From NCBI GenBank assembly GCA_038212275.1, contig JBBQUR010000006.1:96001-160000 (forward strand): DNA of 64,000 nt, given 5' to 3'. The notes beneath the pieces were generated by a model. The model was given only the letters and a program-made list of their open reading frames with translations, was not told where the DNA came from and did no database searches. The translations under genes were made by a program, and so were the position numbers. The DNA is from Planctomycetota bacterium (GTDB lineage Bacteria > Planctomycetota > B15-G4). Within the stretch, counting starts at the first letter, position 1; each line of letters opens with the position of its first letter. Below are positions 20,357-30,530 of this stretch, piece after piece.

Positions 20357-22936
20357 ATGCGCGCTCTCGTCATCGCGGCTCTCTTCACGCTCGTGTCGTC
20401 CTTCCCTGCCGCGCAGGCGCAACAGGCCGAGGCCGAGACGGGCGCGCCCCTGACCCGGCCCGCCTCGCTGGCGGTCCTCGCCGGCCCGCTTCCGTCGGAC
20501 ACCGTCGCGCTGCTGCGCAGGGCGCTCCCCTTTCACGGGGATTTCGGCGACTTCCTGCTCGTGCAGGCCGATGCCGGACAGCAGCGCTGGCTCGCGGAGC
20601 GGGGGCTGCACCCGCTGCTGCTCGGCGCCTGGCCTGCGGGCCGGCAGCTTGGCGTCGTCGATCCGGCCGAGTTGCCGGGCGATGCCACGCTGCTCTACGC
20701 GACCGCGCACTCGGCGCTCGTCGCGGTGGATGCAGGACACGGCTTCGCGACGGGCTGCCTGCACGGCGTGCCCGTCTCGCCGACGCGGCAGCGGCCGGGC
20801 GCGGCCTTCGTGATGCCGGCGGTGGCCGCCGCTCTTCCGGGCAGCGCCGCGCTGCTCGCGACCGATCCGCGCATCGCGCCGCTGCTGCCGCAGGTGAGCG
20901 CCTCGAACATCGAGGCCACGGTCGCGCAGCTCTCCTCGAACTTCACGCGCCGCGCCGACAGCGCGCAGGTGCTCGTCGCACGCGACTGGATCCTGGCGCA
21001 GCTCGCCGCGATCCCGGGCCTCACGGTCACGACCGAGACCTTCAACGGCAGCTACGCGCCCAACATCGTCGCGACGAAGACCGGCGCGGTGCATCCCGAG
21101 CGGCTGGTCATCCTGGGCGCGCACTACGACTCGATCAACGGCGCGGGCTCCTCGCTGGCGGCGCCCGGCGCGGACGACAATGCCTCGGGCTCGGCCGGCC
21201 TGCTGGAGGCCGCGCGCCTGCTCGCGCAGGGCAACTACGAGAACACGGTGCGCTGCGTCTGGTTCTGCGCCGAGGAATTGGGACTGCTCGGCAGCGAGGC
21301 CATGGCGGCGGCGCTCGACGCGCAGGACGAGCATGTCGTGGCCATGCTCAACATGGACATGATCGCGCACAGGGAGGCGGGCGATGCCTTCGACCTCGAC
21401 TTCGCCACGAACAACACGGATCCGTCGCTGGTGCAGTTCTGCCGCGACATCACGGCGGCGTACGTGCCCACGCTGCCCACCGTCACCGGCGTGCTCACGG
21501 CCGGCTCGTCGGACCATGCGCCGTTCGCGGGGCACGGCTTTCCGGCCGCGTTCTTCTTCGAGGACCTCACGCAGTTCAGCCAGGTGATCCACACCGCCAA
21601 CGATGCGCTTCCGTCCAGCCCCAACGACTTCACGCTGGCGCGGGCGATCACGCAGTCCTTCGTGGCCGCGGCGGCGACGCTCGCGTCGCCCGTGGACATG
21701 GCGCTGGTGCACGTCGCGCTGGCCGACAGCGCGGATTCGGGCGGCCCCTACGCGCTCCTGGCGGAAGCGACATCGCTGAGCGCGGCGAGCGTTGTCGCGG
21801 TGGAGGCGCACTTCAGCTTGAACGGCGGCGCGGAGCAGGTCGTGTCGCTGCTGCCGTCCGTGAACCCCGCATCGTGGGTGGGCTCGCTGCCCGGCGTCGC
21901 GGGCCACGGAGAAGTGCGCTACTGGCTGCTCGCCACCGACAGCGGCGGCTTTCAGCAGTGGCTGCCCGAGTCCTTCGCGCCGGGCGGCGCGACCTACGGC
22001 TTCTCCGTCGGCACCTACACGCCCGCGTACACCGAGGGCTTCGAGGGCGCCTCCGACGCCGGATGGACGCACGCCCAGCTGGCCACGCAGGACGACTGGC
22101 AGCGCGGCGCGCCGCAGGGCAAAGGTGGCGACCCGGCCGTCGCGGCCGCGGGCACGTCCGTGTGGGGCAACGACCTCGGCGGCAGCGGCTTCAACGGCAT
22201 CTACCAGCCGAACGTGAACAACTTCCTCGAGTCGCCGGCGCTCGACCTGAGCGGAAAGACCGGCCTGCACCTGCGCTACAAGCGCTGGCTCACCGTCGAG
22301 GACGCGCTCTTCGACCAGGCCACGATCAAGGTCAACGGCACGACGGTGTGGACCAACCCGGCGACGCCCGGCGGCGGCAGCAACACGGCGGACTCGGCGT
22401 GGACGCTGCACGACGTCGACATCTCGGCGCTCGCCGACGACAACCCTGCGGTGAAGCTGCGCTTCGGGCTGCAGTCGGACGGTGGCCTGGAGTTCGGCGG
22501 CTGGAACCTGGACGAGTTGCAGGTGTCGTCCGTCGGGCCGGGCGCCGTGGCCTCGCTCGTGACATCGGCGCTGCACGTCTCGGGGGCGGCGGGCGGCAGC
22601 GTGAGCTTTGCCGTCCACGGCGGGGCGGCGCGCGCCGGGCGCAAGTATCTGCTGGCGCTCTCCGCGTCCGGCTCGGCGCCGGGCACGCCGGCCGGCTCGG
22701 TCACGATTCCGCTCAACTTCGACGCCGTGACCTCGATCGGCTTCCAGTTCCTCAACACGCCGCTGTTCGCGAACTTCGGCGGCCTGCTCGACGCGTCCGG
22801 CAACGCGGCGGCGACCTGGATCGTGCCGCCGGGACTGCCCGCAGCCGCCGCAGGCGTGCCGCTGCAGTTCGCAGCCTTCACGCTCGGCCCGCTGGACTTT
22901 GCGACCAACGCGGTGAGCGTGACGCTGCAGCCCTGA
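20357..22936 (+). CDS. Secreted M28 family metallopeptidase with C-terminal beta-rich modules and a ~125-aa terminal domain
   Basis: Signal peptide MRALVIAALF...AQA; GAHYDS, APGADDNASG, AEELGLLGS, NMDMI, SSDHAPF, HTAND. Confidence 0.88.
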   Translation: MRALVIAALFTLVSSFPAAQAQQAEAETGAPLTRPASLAVLAGPLPSDTVALLRRALPFHGDFGDFLLVQADAGQQRWLAERGLHPLLLGAWPAGRQLGVVDPAELPGDATLLYATAHSALVAVDAGHGFATGCLHGVPVSPTRQRPGAAFVMPAVAAALPGSAALLATDPRIAPLLPQVSASNIEATVAQLSSNFTRRADSAQVLVARDWILAQLAAIPGLTVTTETFNGSYAPNIVATKTGAVHPERLVILGAHYDSINGAGSSLAAPGADDNASGSAGLLEAARLLAQGNYENTVRCVWFCAEELGLLGSEAMAAALDAQDEHVVAMLNMDMIAHREAGDAFDLDFATNNTDPSLVQFCRDITAAYVPTLPTVTGVLTAGSSDHAPFAGHGFPAAFFFEDLTQFSQVIHTANDALPSSPNDFTLARAITQSFVAAAATLASPVDMALVHVALADSADSGGPYALLAEATSLSAASVVAVEAHFSLNGGAEQVVSLLPSVNPASWVGSLPGVAGHGEVRYWLLATDSGGFQQWLPESFAPGGATYGFSVGTYTPAYTEGFEGASDAGWTHAQLATQDDWQRGAPQGKGGDPAVAAAGTSVWGNDLGGSGFNGIYQPNVNNFLESPALDLSGKTGLHLRYKRWLTVEDALFDQATIKVNGTTVWTNPATPGGGSNTADSAWTLHDVDISALADDNPAVKLRFGLQSDGGLEFGGWNLDELQVSSVGPGAVASLVTSALHVSGAAGGSVSFAVHGGAARAGRKYLLALSASGSAPGTPAGSVTIPLNFDAVTSIGFQFLNTPLFANFGGLLDASGNAAATWIVPPGLPAAAAGVPLQFAAFTLGPLDFATNAVSVTLQP

Positions 22937-23015
22937 GCCTGGCAACGCGCCGGGCCAGCCCGACAGCCAGCCCGCGTTCCCGCTTGCTCGTCGGCCGGTC
23001 GACGCCAGGCGGCGC

Positions 23016-24032
23016 TCAGGCGAAGCGGCTGCCGCGCGGGTCCAGCGCGTCGCGCAGCGAATCGCCGAGCGCGTTGAGCGACGACAGCGTCGCCACGAGG
23101 GCGAGGCCCGGAAACACGATGAGCCACCAGCTCGTGGAGATCACCGTGAGCTGCTCGAGGCCCTCGCTCGCCAGCAGGCCCCAGCTCACGCCGGGCGCCT
23201 CGACGCCGAGGCCGAGGAAAGAAAGGAAAGCCTCGAAGAGCATGACGCGCGGCACGGTGAGCGTGAGGTAGATGCAGACCAGTCCCCACAGGTGCGGCAG
23301 GATGTGCCGCAGCATGATGTGGGTGTCGCCGCCGCCCAGCGCGCGTGCGGCGGCCACGAAGTCGCGCTCGCGCAGCGACAGCACCTGGCCGCGCACGATG
23401 CGCGCCATCGTGAGCCACGACACGGCACCGATGACCGCGTAGAGCACGACCTCGCGCGTGATCCCGAGCGCTGCGAGGCGCGTCGCATGCTCGCGCAGCA
23501 GCGCCACGATGAGGATCACGAGGAAGAGCAGCGGGATCGCGTAGAGCACGTCGACGATGCGCATGAGCACCGCGTCCACGCGACCGCCCGTGAAGCCGGC
23601 GACCAGGCCCCAGCTCACGCCGATCAGCACCGAGACGAGCGTGGCCAGCAGACCCACGAGCAGCGAGACGCGCGCGCCCCAGACCACGCGTGCGAACACG
23701 TCGCGCCCCAGAGCGTCCGTGCCGCAGAGGCCGGCCAGCTCGCGCTCGCCGAAGATCGCGCGGCGCACGGCGTCGGCCGCCGGGTGGTCCTCGGCTTGCA
23801 GCGCGGCCCGGGCCGGCTCGCGCAGTCTCCAGGCCGGCGACGGGGGCTGGCCGGAGCGCGCGGGGTCCATCGCCGACGGGTCGGGCAGCGGCAGCAGCGG
23901 AGCGCCCAGCGCGAGCAGCGTGACGGACACCAGCAGGCCGACGGCCGCGAGCGTGCCGCGGCGCCGCCGAAGCCGTGTCCAGAACGAGGGCCTCGACGGC
24001 GGCGGCTCCGCAGCCGGCGTCCCCGTGCTCAT
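23016..24032 (-). CDS. Oligopeptide ABC permease (OppC-like), second set
   Basis: GTDALGRDVF, GARVSLLVG, DFVAAARALG...RHILP, DALDPR; ATGA overlap. Confidence 0.9.
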   Translation of the reverse strand: MSTGTPAAEPPPSRPSFWTRLRRRRGTLAAVGLLVSVTLLALGAPLLPLPDPSAMDPARSGQPPSPAWRLREPARAALQAEDHPAADAVRRAIFGERELAGLCGTDALGRDVFARVVWGARVSLLVGLLATLVSVLIGVSWGLVAGFTGGRVDAVLMRIVDVLYAIPLLFLVILIVALLREHATRLAALGITREVVLYAVIGAVSWLTMARIVRGQVLSLRERDFVAAARALGGGDTHIMLRHILPHLWGLVCIYLTLTVPRVMLFEAFLSFLGLGVEAPGVSWGLLASEGLEQLTVISTSWWLIVFPGLALVATLSSLNALGDSLRDALDPRGSRFA

Positions 24033-24946
24033 GCGACCTCGATGCGCGGGTCGAGCAGGCCGTAGGCCAGGTCCGCGAGCAGGTTGAAGCCGGAGACCAG
24101 CGCCGTGTAGACGATGACCACGCCGAGGGCGAGGTTGTAGTCCGCATTGAAGGCGGAGTCGACGAAGTGGCTGCCCATGCCGGAGATGGCGAAGACGCGC
24201 TCCACCACGAGCGAACCCGAGAGGATGCCTGCCGCCGCCGGGCCGACGTACGAGACGACGGGCAGCAGCGCCACGCGCGCCGCATGTCCCCACAGGATGC
24301 CCGACGGCGAGCGGCCCTTGGCGCGCGCGGTGCGGATCCAGTCCTCGCCGAAGGTCTCCAGCAGGCCTGCGCGGAAGAGGCGCGCGATCGACGCCGCGAA
24401 CGGCAGGCCGAGCGCGAGCGACGGCAGCACGAGCTGCGCGGGGCTGCCCCAGCCCGCGACGGGGAAGAGACGCCAGTGGAACGAGAACAGCAGCACGAGC
24501 ACGCCGGCCAGCACGAAGTTGGGCAACGCGATGCCGAGCGTGGCCGCGCCCATGACCCCCGTGTCGATCCAGCTGCCGCGGCGTGCGGCGGCCAGCGCAC
24601 CGGCCGTCAGCCCGACCGCCAGCGCGATGAGCAGAGCGAGGGCGCCGAGCAGCGCGGAGATGGGCAGGCTCTCGGCGAGGATCTGGCCGACGCTGTAGTC
24701 GCGGTAGCGCAGCGACGGCCCGAAGTTCCCGTGCAGCAGCCCGCCGACGTAGCGCGCGTACTGCTCGGGGAGCGGCGCGGCGAGGTCGTAGGCGGCCATG
24801 AGGTTGGCGCGGATCACGGGATCGAGGGCGCGGCTCTCGTCGAAGGGCCCGCCGGGCAGCGAGCGGACCAGCACGAAGGACAGTGTGACGACCGCGAAGA
24901 GGATGACCGCGGCCCACAGCAGTCGCGAGAGCAGCCAGCGCGTCAC
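24029..24946 (-). CDS. Oligopeptide ABC permease (OppB-like), second set
   Basis: PGGPF, GNFGPS, DWIRTARAKG, LLDPRI; GTGA overlap with the SBP gene. Confidence 0.9.
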   Translation of the reverse strand: MTRWLLSRLLWAAVILFAVVTLSFVLVRSLPGGPFDESRALDPVIRANLMAAYDLAAPLPEQYARYVGGLLHGNFGPSLRYRDYSVGQILAESLPISALLGALALLIALAVGLTAGALAAARRGSWIDTGVMGAATLGIALPNFVLAGVLVLLFSFHWRLFPVAGWGSPAQLVLPSLALGLPFAASIARLFRAGLLETFGEDWIRTARAKGRSPSGILWGHAARVALLPVVSYVGPAAAGILSGSLVVERVFAISGMGSHFVDSAFNADYNLALGVVIVYTALVSGFNLLADLAYGLLDPRIEVA

Positions 24947-26544
24947 GGCGCGTCCTCCGCGACGACGGAGAGGTCGCGCAGCGGGTGCACGTCGAGCAGG
25001 TTGTCGTGGAATCCGCGGACCGTCGGCGCCACGAGGTTCACGTTGGCGCGCTGGAAGATCGGCGCCAGGACGCAGGCGTCGACGAGGCGCTGCTCGGCGC
25101 GGGCCTGCAGCCGCGCGCGCTCGGCAGGGTCGGGGGCGCCGGCCGCCAGGCCGAGCAAGGCATCGTAGGTCGCGTCGGCGAAGTGGCTGCGGTTGTTGCC
25201 GCTCTCGCTGGCGAAGATGTCGAGGAACGCCTCCGGCGCGACGTAGTCGGCGGTCCAGACGCTCCACGACACGTCGTAGGCACCCCTGGTCTGGCTGTCG
25301 AGGAAGACCTTCCACGGCTGGGCCACGAGGCGGCAGCGCACGCCGAGCCGCTCGCGCCACTGCGCCGCGAGCGACTCGCACAGGTCGCGGGCGGTCTGCA
25401 GCTGAGGGTGCAGCAGCTCGAACACCGGGAAGCCGGCGCCTCCGGGGAAGCCGGCTTCGGCCAGGAGGTCGCGGGCGCGGGCCGGGTCGAAGCTCGGCCA
25501 GAGCGGCGGCTCGTAGCCGGACATGCCACGCGGCACGAAGGTGTCGGCGGCCGTCTCGCCGCCGCGCACGACGTCCCTGGCGATGCTCTCCCGGTCGAGA
25601 GCGAGGAGCAGCGCGAGTCGCACGCTGGGGTCGCTGAAGGGGGAGCGTTCGTGGTTGTAGCGGAGGAAGGTCAGGCCGCACTGCGGGCCGCGCAGGCAGT
25701 CGGGGCGTCCGAGCAGAGCGCCGTACAGGCCGGAGGGCGGCCGCACGACCCAGTCTGCGCTGCCGGTCAGGTACAGGTTCACCTGCGTCGTGCCCGAGTC
25801 GGCGGCCCAGGCGTCGATGCTGGCCAGCGCCACTTCGTCGCGGCCCCAGTAGCCGTCGAAGCGCTGCAGGCGCAGCCGGTCGCGCACGCGACGCTCCACG
25901 AGCCGGAAGGGCCCGTTGGTGACCAGGTGCTCGGGCGCGATCCACTGGCGGCCCCAGCGCTCCACGCAGGCGCGCTGCACGGTGCAGGCGAAGGGCAGGG
26001 CGAGGATGGCGGGCAACGCCGGCGTCGGGCGCTCGAGGCTGAGCACCAGCTCGGTGTCGGAGAGCGCCTCGACACCCAGGGCGCCGGCGTCGGGGGCGGC
26101 CGCGTGGCCGTACGCGAAGGCTCCCTTGAGGCACCAGAGCATCGGGGCATTGGGCGCCGCGGTGGACGGATGCAGCACGCGGCGCAGCGTGTAGGCCACG
26201 TCGTGCGCGGTGACGGGCGTGCCGTCGGTCCAGAGGCTGTCGGAGCGGACGTCGAAGCGGACGCTCAGGCCGTCCTCCGAGACGGTCCAGCGACTGGCCA
26301 TGCCGGGGAGCGCTTCGGCTGTCACCGGGTCCTGGCGCGTGAGGCCCTCGAACAGTGCCTGCACGATGCGCGCTTCGGGCACGCCCGTGATGCTGGCAGG
26401 GTCCAGCGACGAGATCTCCGCCTGGTTGCAGAAGCTGAAGTCGGCGGGCGCCCGCAGCGAGGCGCCGCCCCAGACCGCCACGGCGGCGAGGGCGCCGAGA
26501 GCCAGCAGGACCGCACCCGCGAGGCGGGCCCTTTCAGCGCGCAC
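24943..26544 (-). CDS. Oligopeptide ABC substrate-binding protein (OppA-like), second set
   Basis: SLDPA, LFEGL, WTDGTPVTAHD, VTNGPF, FDPARARDLLAEAGFPGG. Confidence 0.88.
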   Translation of the reverse strand: MRAERARLAGAVLLALGALAAVAVWGGASLRAPADFSFCNQAEISSLDPASITGVPEARIVQALFEGLTRQDPVTAEALPGMASRWTVSEDGLSVRFDVRSDSLWTDGTPVTAHDVAYTLRRVLHPSTAAPNAPMLWCLKGAFAYGHAAAPDAGALGVEALSDTELVLSLERPTPALPAILALPFACTVQRACVERWGRQWIAPEHLVTNGPFRLVERRVRDRLRLQRFDGYWGRDEVALASIDAWAADSGTTQVNLYLTGSADWVVRPPSGLYGALLGRPDCLRGPQCGLTFLRYNHERSPFSDPSVRLALLLALDRESIARDVVRGGETAADTFVPRGMSGYEPPLWPSFDPARARDLLAEAGFPGGAGFPVFELLHPQLQTARDLCESLAAQWRERLGVRCRLVAQPWKVFLDSQTRGAYDVSWSVWTADYVAPEAFLDIFASESGNNRSHFADATYDALLGLAAGAPDPAERARLQARAEQRLVDACVLAPIFQRANVNLVAPTVRGFHDNLLDVHPLRDLSVVAEDAP

Positions 26545-26556
26545 GATGCGCGTCGG

Positions 26557-27285
26557 TCATGGCGGCAGGGCGATCCCGAAGTCGCGCTCGAGAACCGGCA
26601 CGAGTTCTTCCAGCGAGTGGACCTCGTAGCGCGGCGCGGTGCGGCCCTGCACGCCCTCGAAGCGATTGTCGCGGTGGATGCGCACCGGCACGAGCCCCGC
26701 CGCATTGCACGGATCCACGTCGTGCAGCGGGTGGTCGCCGATGTACATGACCTCCTGCGGCAGCAGGCCGAGCGTGGCGCAGGCGCGCTGATAGAGCTTC
26801 GGGTTCGGTTTGCTGATGCCGACCTGGTCGCTGATGAAGATCGCCGCCGGGTTGAGCCACGGGACGACGTTGAGCAGCAGCAGCTTCTCGGCCTGCTTGA
26901 CCTCGAGTCCGTGCGTGATGATGCCCAGCATGATGTCGCCCTGCTCGTGCACACGGCGCAGGAAGGGCAGCACGTCGGGGAAGGGTTGCAGCTCGGCCTT
27001 CGTCGCGTGGTAGGCCATGATGCCCGCCGCGATGATCAGTGCGCGGTTCGTGCCGGCCCAGCTGGTAGGCGGCAGGCGCAGCAGCAGCTTGTCGAAGTGA
27101 CCGCCGTAGTTGCTGGTGAACTCGGCGATGACCTCGTCGAGTTCGCGGCGCACCTCGGTCACGGGCAGGCGCAGTCCCTGTCGCACCATGGCATCCACGG
27201 CCCTGCGCCGCGCGAGCGACGCGAACTGCGTCGTGCTGAACAACGTGTCGTCGACGTCGAAGAAGATCGCGCTGAGCTTCGCCAC
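26557..27285 (-). CDS. HAD superfamily IA hydrolase (TIGR02253-like)
   Basis: Motif I FFDVDDTL, motif II ITHG, motif III KP, motif IV YIGDHPLHDV. Confidence 0.88.
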   Translation of the reverse strand: MAKLSAIFFDVDDTLFSTTQFASLARRRAVDAMVRQGLRLPVTEVRRELDEVIAEFTSNYGGHFDKLLLRLPPTSWAGTNRALIIAAGIMAYHATKAELQPFPDVLPFLRRVHEQGDIMLGIITHGLEVKQAEKLLLLNVVPWLNPAAIFISDQVGISKPNPKLYQRACATLGLLPQEVMYIGDHPLHDVDPCNAAGLVPVRIHRDNRFEGVQGRTAPRYEVHSLEELVPVLERDFGIALPP

Positions 27286-27437
27286 GCAGGGATTCTGGGC
27301 CTGCTGCGTGCAGCGATCAAGGCTCAGCCGGCCTGATCATCCGACGCCTCCCCGCGCGCCCGATGGGGTGCCGGTGGGGCAGGCCGGCCCGCCCCGGCGC
27401 ACGCGCGAGTCCGGCGTCAGCGCGGGATCGCGCGAGT

Positions 27438-29969
27438 TCAGCGCGGGTTGGCGCTGCTGATCGGGCGCGTGTCCATTTCGCTGAAGTCGGAGATCGTGGC
27501 CCGGATGATGATGATCAGGTCCTCGGTCTCGTCGGTCAGGCCCTTCTCGCGGAAGAGGAAGCCAAGCACCGGGATGTCGCCCAGCCAGGGCGTCTGGGCC
27601 GTGCGGTTCTTGTAGTTCACGTGCTTGAGGCCGCCGATCACCACCGAGCCCCGGTCGGGAACCACGACGGTGGTCTGGGCATCGCTGACGTCGAGCTGCG
27701 GCAGCGAGAACTGGACCGCGCTGCTGATGCCGCCGAGGTTGGTCGAGATCTGGCGGATCGGGCGCCGGAGGTCGGCCACGGTGGCCTGCACGTCCAGCGT
27801 CACGTACTTGCGGTCGAAGGAGATCGTGGGCCGCACGTCGAGCACGATGCCTTCCTGCACGACGCCGATGAACGGATCGGCGATGAAGGCGCCGTTGGCC
27901 ACGTCGACGTCGTAGCCCTGCACGAACGAGACCTCGTTCACGACGGTCACGAAGGCACGCTGCGTGTTGTAGACCGAGACGACGGGCGAGCTGATCTCGG
28001 TGGCATTGCGGCTCTTCTGCACCGCGTTGATGACGATGTTGAACTCGTCGTCGCCGAGGACCGCGATCTGGAAGGCGCCGCCGCCGACGGTCGAGAGCAG
28101 GCCGCCGAGCGGATCGTTGAAGAAGTTCTCCGACACGCCCGCGTACTTGGAGTTGCCCTTGTCGAAGAAGAAACCGGCGTTCGGGTTGCCCGTGCCGTTT
28201 CCGTTGTTGTCGAGGCCCTGAGAGTTCGCCGGATCGACGGCGGTCAGGTCGACCTCGGTGCCGAGGTTGCCGCCGGGGCCGAGGCCGCGGAGGTCGGTGC
28301 CGATTTCCTCGATGAAGGCGTCGGTGATCTCGAAGAAGCGGGCCTCGAGCGTGACCATCGTGGTGGAGAAGGCGCGCAGGTCGTTCAGGAAGTCCGCGAC
28401 CTGCTGCTGCACTTCGGGCGTGTGGATCACGAGCAGGTTGTTGCTGTCCACGAAGTCGATGCTGTAGCCGAGGCCGGCGTCCCACGATTCGCGGTCGATG
28501 TTCTCGCGCACGAGGTTGAGCACCTCGTCGGGCTCGATGAGGCGCACCTTCTCGAGCTCCGAGCTGAAGATCGTGTTCTCGTTGCTGTCGCCCGCCTCGC
28601 CGGGGAGCGGGATGTCACGGATGTCGGGGCCCTTGAAGTCCGTGATGGGGAAGGTCAGGTCCTGGATGTCGTGGATATGCGGGACGGGAAGGCCGGCCGC
28701 TTTGGTCTTCAGGGTGATGTACACGCGGCCGTTGCGGATCATCCATGCCAGGTCCTTGCCGACCTGATCCACGAGGATGTTCAGCAGCGACTCCACCGGG
28801 ATGTCGCGCAGGTCGTTGATCGTGACGTACTCGGCGGCGCTGTCGAGCGCTGCCGTGACCTCCGGGTCCACCGAAACCGGGATGTCCGTCGTGAAGAAGA
28901 TGTTGTTGGCGACCTGGGCCAGAGTCAGCTCCTGGAAGTCGGCGTTCATGCGCGTGGACTTCAGCTTGGCGATGAGCGCCACCGCCTCGGGATCCGGAGC
29001 CTTGCCCAGCACGCCGCCGCCGGTGCGAAGGCGCGTGAGCTCGGCCCAGCGCTCGCCGTCGGGCGCGGTGAGGATGTCGTTGGTCGGGATGCGCACCGCG
29101 TCCATCGACTCGCGCCAGCGCGTGAATTCCTCGCGTCGCTGCTTCAGGAACTCGCGATTCGCGTTCTCACGGCGACCCTCACGGGCCGCCTCGACGAGCT
29201 GCAGCGCCTGGGCGTTGTCCGGCTGCTCCTTCAGGGCCTCCTCGGCCAGTTCCGCGGAGGCGGCGAAGTCGTTGCGCAGGAACTTCGCGGCGGAGGCATC
29301 GAGGAGCGCGTCCACCTTCGCCTGGTTCTGCTGAGTCAGTTGCGACTCCTCCGCCTGCAGCGCGAGGTAGGCGGCCTTCTCCTTGTTCAGGCGCTCGGTC
29401 GTGGACGATCCGCTGGCGGCGTTCTCGGCCTTGTCGAGCAGGCTGCGCGCGTTGTTGGAGATCTCGCCCCAGTCCACGCCCGAAGACCACTGGACCTGAT
29501 TGACGACGTTGCGCGCGAGGGCGCTCGCCTTCATCGAGTCGCCGGCCTCGAGGAGCGCCTTGGCGGTGGCGAGGTCCTGCTGCGCGGCAGCCTTCATCTG
29601 CTGGCGCTGCGCCTCGTAGCGCTGCGCGGCGGAGACCGCGAGCGCGCGCGCCTCGGCCTCGGGCTTGCCCTGCAGCAGCTGGATCTGCGCGAGGTAGTCG
29701 CCGACGACGCGGTTGGTCACGTCGAGGTCGCGCGCGAGGAGCAACTCGGACTCGGCGTGCGCGAGATCGAGGCGTTCCTCGAAGGCCCGCGCATTCGCGA
29801 GGTGCCGCTCGACGAGCAGATAGTTCTTCTGCGCGATGAGATCGAGTCGGGCGCGCTCGGCCGCGACCTTGTCGGACATGGAGTCCTGAGCCGGAGCGTG
29901 CACGGCGAGCATGAGCAGCGCCAGAAGCGCGAGCAGTGCGACCGGGGAGTGGACAGCGAGGCGCTTCAT
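27438..29969 (-). CDS. Secretin-family outer-membrane protein 2 (GspD/PilQ-like) with long helical N-terminus
   Basis: Signal peptide MKRLAVHS...VHAPA; N3-like LLVIHTPEVQQQVADFLNDLR; MVTLEARFFE; GIVLDVRPTIS; PDRGSVVIGGL; PWLGDIPVLGFLFR; LIIIIRATI. Confidence 0.85.
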   Translation of the reverse strand: MKRLAVHSPVALLALLALLMLAVHAPAQDSMSDKVAAERARLDLIAQKNYLLVERHLANARAFEERLDLAHAESELLLARDLDVTNRVVGDYLAQIQLLQGKPEAEARALAVSAAQRYEAQRQQMKAAAQQDLATAKALLEAGDSMKASALARNVVNQVQWSSGVDWGEISNNARSLLDKAENAASGSSTTERLNKEKAAYLALQAEESQLTQQNQAKVDALLDASAAKFLRNDFAASAELAEEALKEQPDNAQALQLVEAAREGRRENANREFLKQRREEFTRWRESMDAVRIPTNDILTAPDGERWAELTRLRTGGGVLGKAPDPEAVALIAKLKSTRMNADFQELTLAQVANNIFFTTDIPVSVDPEVTAALDSAAEYVTINDLRDIPVESLLNILVDQVGKDLAWMIRNGRVYITLKTKAAGLPVPHIHDIQDLTFPITDFKGPDIRDIPLPGEAGDSNENTIFSSELEKVRLIEPDEVLNLVRENIDRESWDAGLGYSIDFVDSNNLLVIHTPEVQQQVADFLNDLRAFSTTMVTLEARFFEITDAFIEEIGTDLRGLGPGGNLGTEVDLTAVDPANSQGLDNNGNGTGNPNAGFFFDKGNSKYAGVSENFFNDPLGGLLSTVGGGAFQIAVLGDDEFNIVINAVQKSRNATEISSPVVSVYNTQRAFVTVVNEVSFVQGYDVDVANGAFIADPFIGVVQEGIVLDVRPTISFDRKYVTLDVQATVADLRRPIRQISTNLGGISSAVQFSLPQLDVSDAQTTVVVPDRGSVVIGGLKHVNYKNRTAQTPWLGDIPVLGFLFREKGLTDETEDLIIIIRATISDFSEMDTRPISSANPR

Positions 29970-30086
29970 CAGCAGGAATCTCCAGGGCGGCCCGAGGCCG
30001 GGAGGGTCAGCTTGCCTCTCGGCCCGCCACGCGGGGCCGTGCTTCGGTGGCACGGCCATGCGTTGGGGGGCGGATGCTAGCATCGG

Positions 30087-30527
30087 TCACGCGTCGAACG
30101 CCACGCCGGCAAAGGTGATGTCCAGCATCCCGGCCTTGATGCACTCGTCCACCACCTTGACCACGTGGGCGTAGGTGATGCCGCGATAGGGGTAGAGCGT
30201 GGCCTTCATGTCGGGGCTCACGCGCTTCAGTTCGGACAGCTTGGCCCGCAGGGTGGTCAGGTTGGGGATCTTGGACGCGTTCAGGGTGATGAAGAACCCG
30301 TCCGGCAGGCTCTTGTCAGCGAAGAGCCCGATCTCGGCCTTGAGCAGGTTGGCGTCGGTCTGGGTGCTGTTGACACCCAGGTCCTTGGGGAGCTGCGTCT
30401 CCAGCTTGCCCTCGAGCGCTTTGAACTTGATCGTGGTCAGGAAGAAGATGATGAGCTGGAACACGACGTCGATCATCGGCGTCATGTCCGCCTCGGTCGC
30501 GTCCAGGTTGTACTGCTTGCTTCCCAT
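30087..30527 (-). CDS. ExbD/TolR family protein
   Basis: DMTPMIDVVFQLIIFF (conserved TM Asp); C-terminal YAHVVKVVDEC...ITF. Confidence 0.88.
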   Translation of the reverse strand: MGSKQYNLDATEADMTPMIDVVFQLIIFFLTTIKFKALEGKLETQLPKDLGVNSTQTDANLLKAEIGLFADKSLPDGFFITLNASKIPNLTTLRAKLSELKRVSPDMKATLYPYRGITYAHVVKVVDECIKAGMLDITFAGVAFDA

Positions 30528-30530
30528 CGC

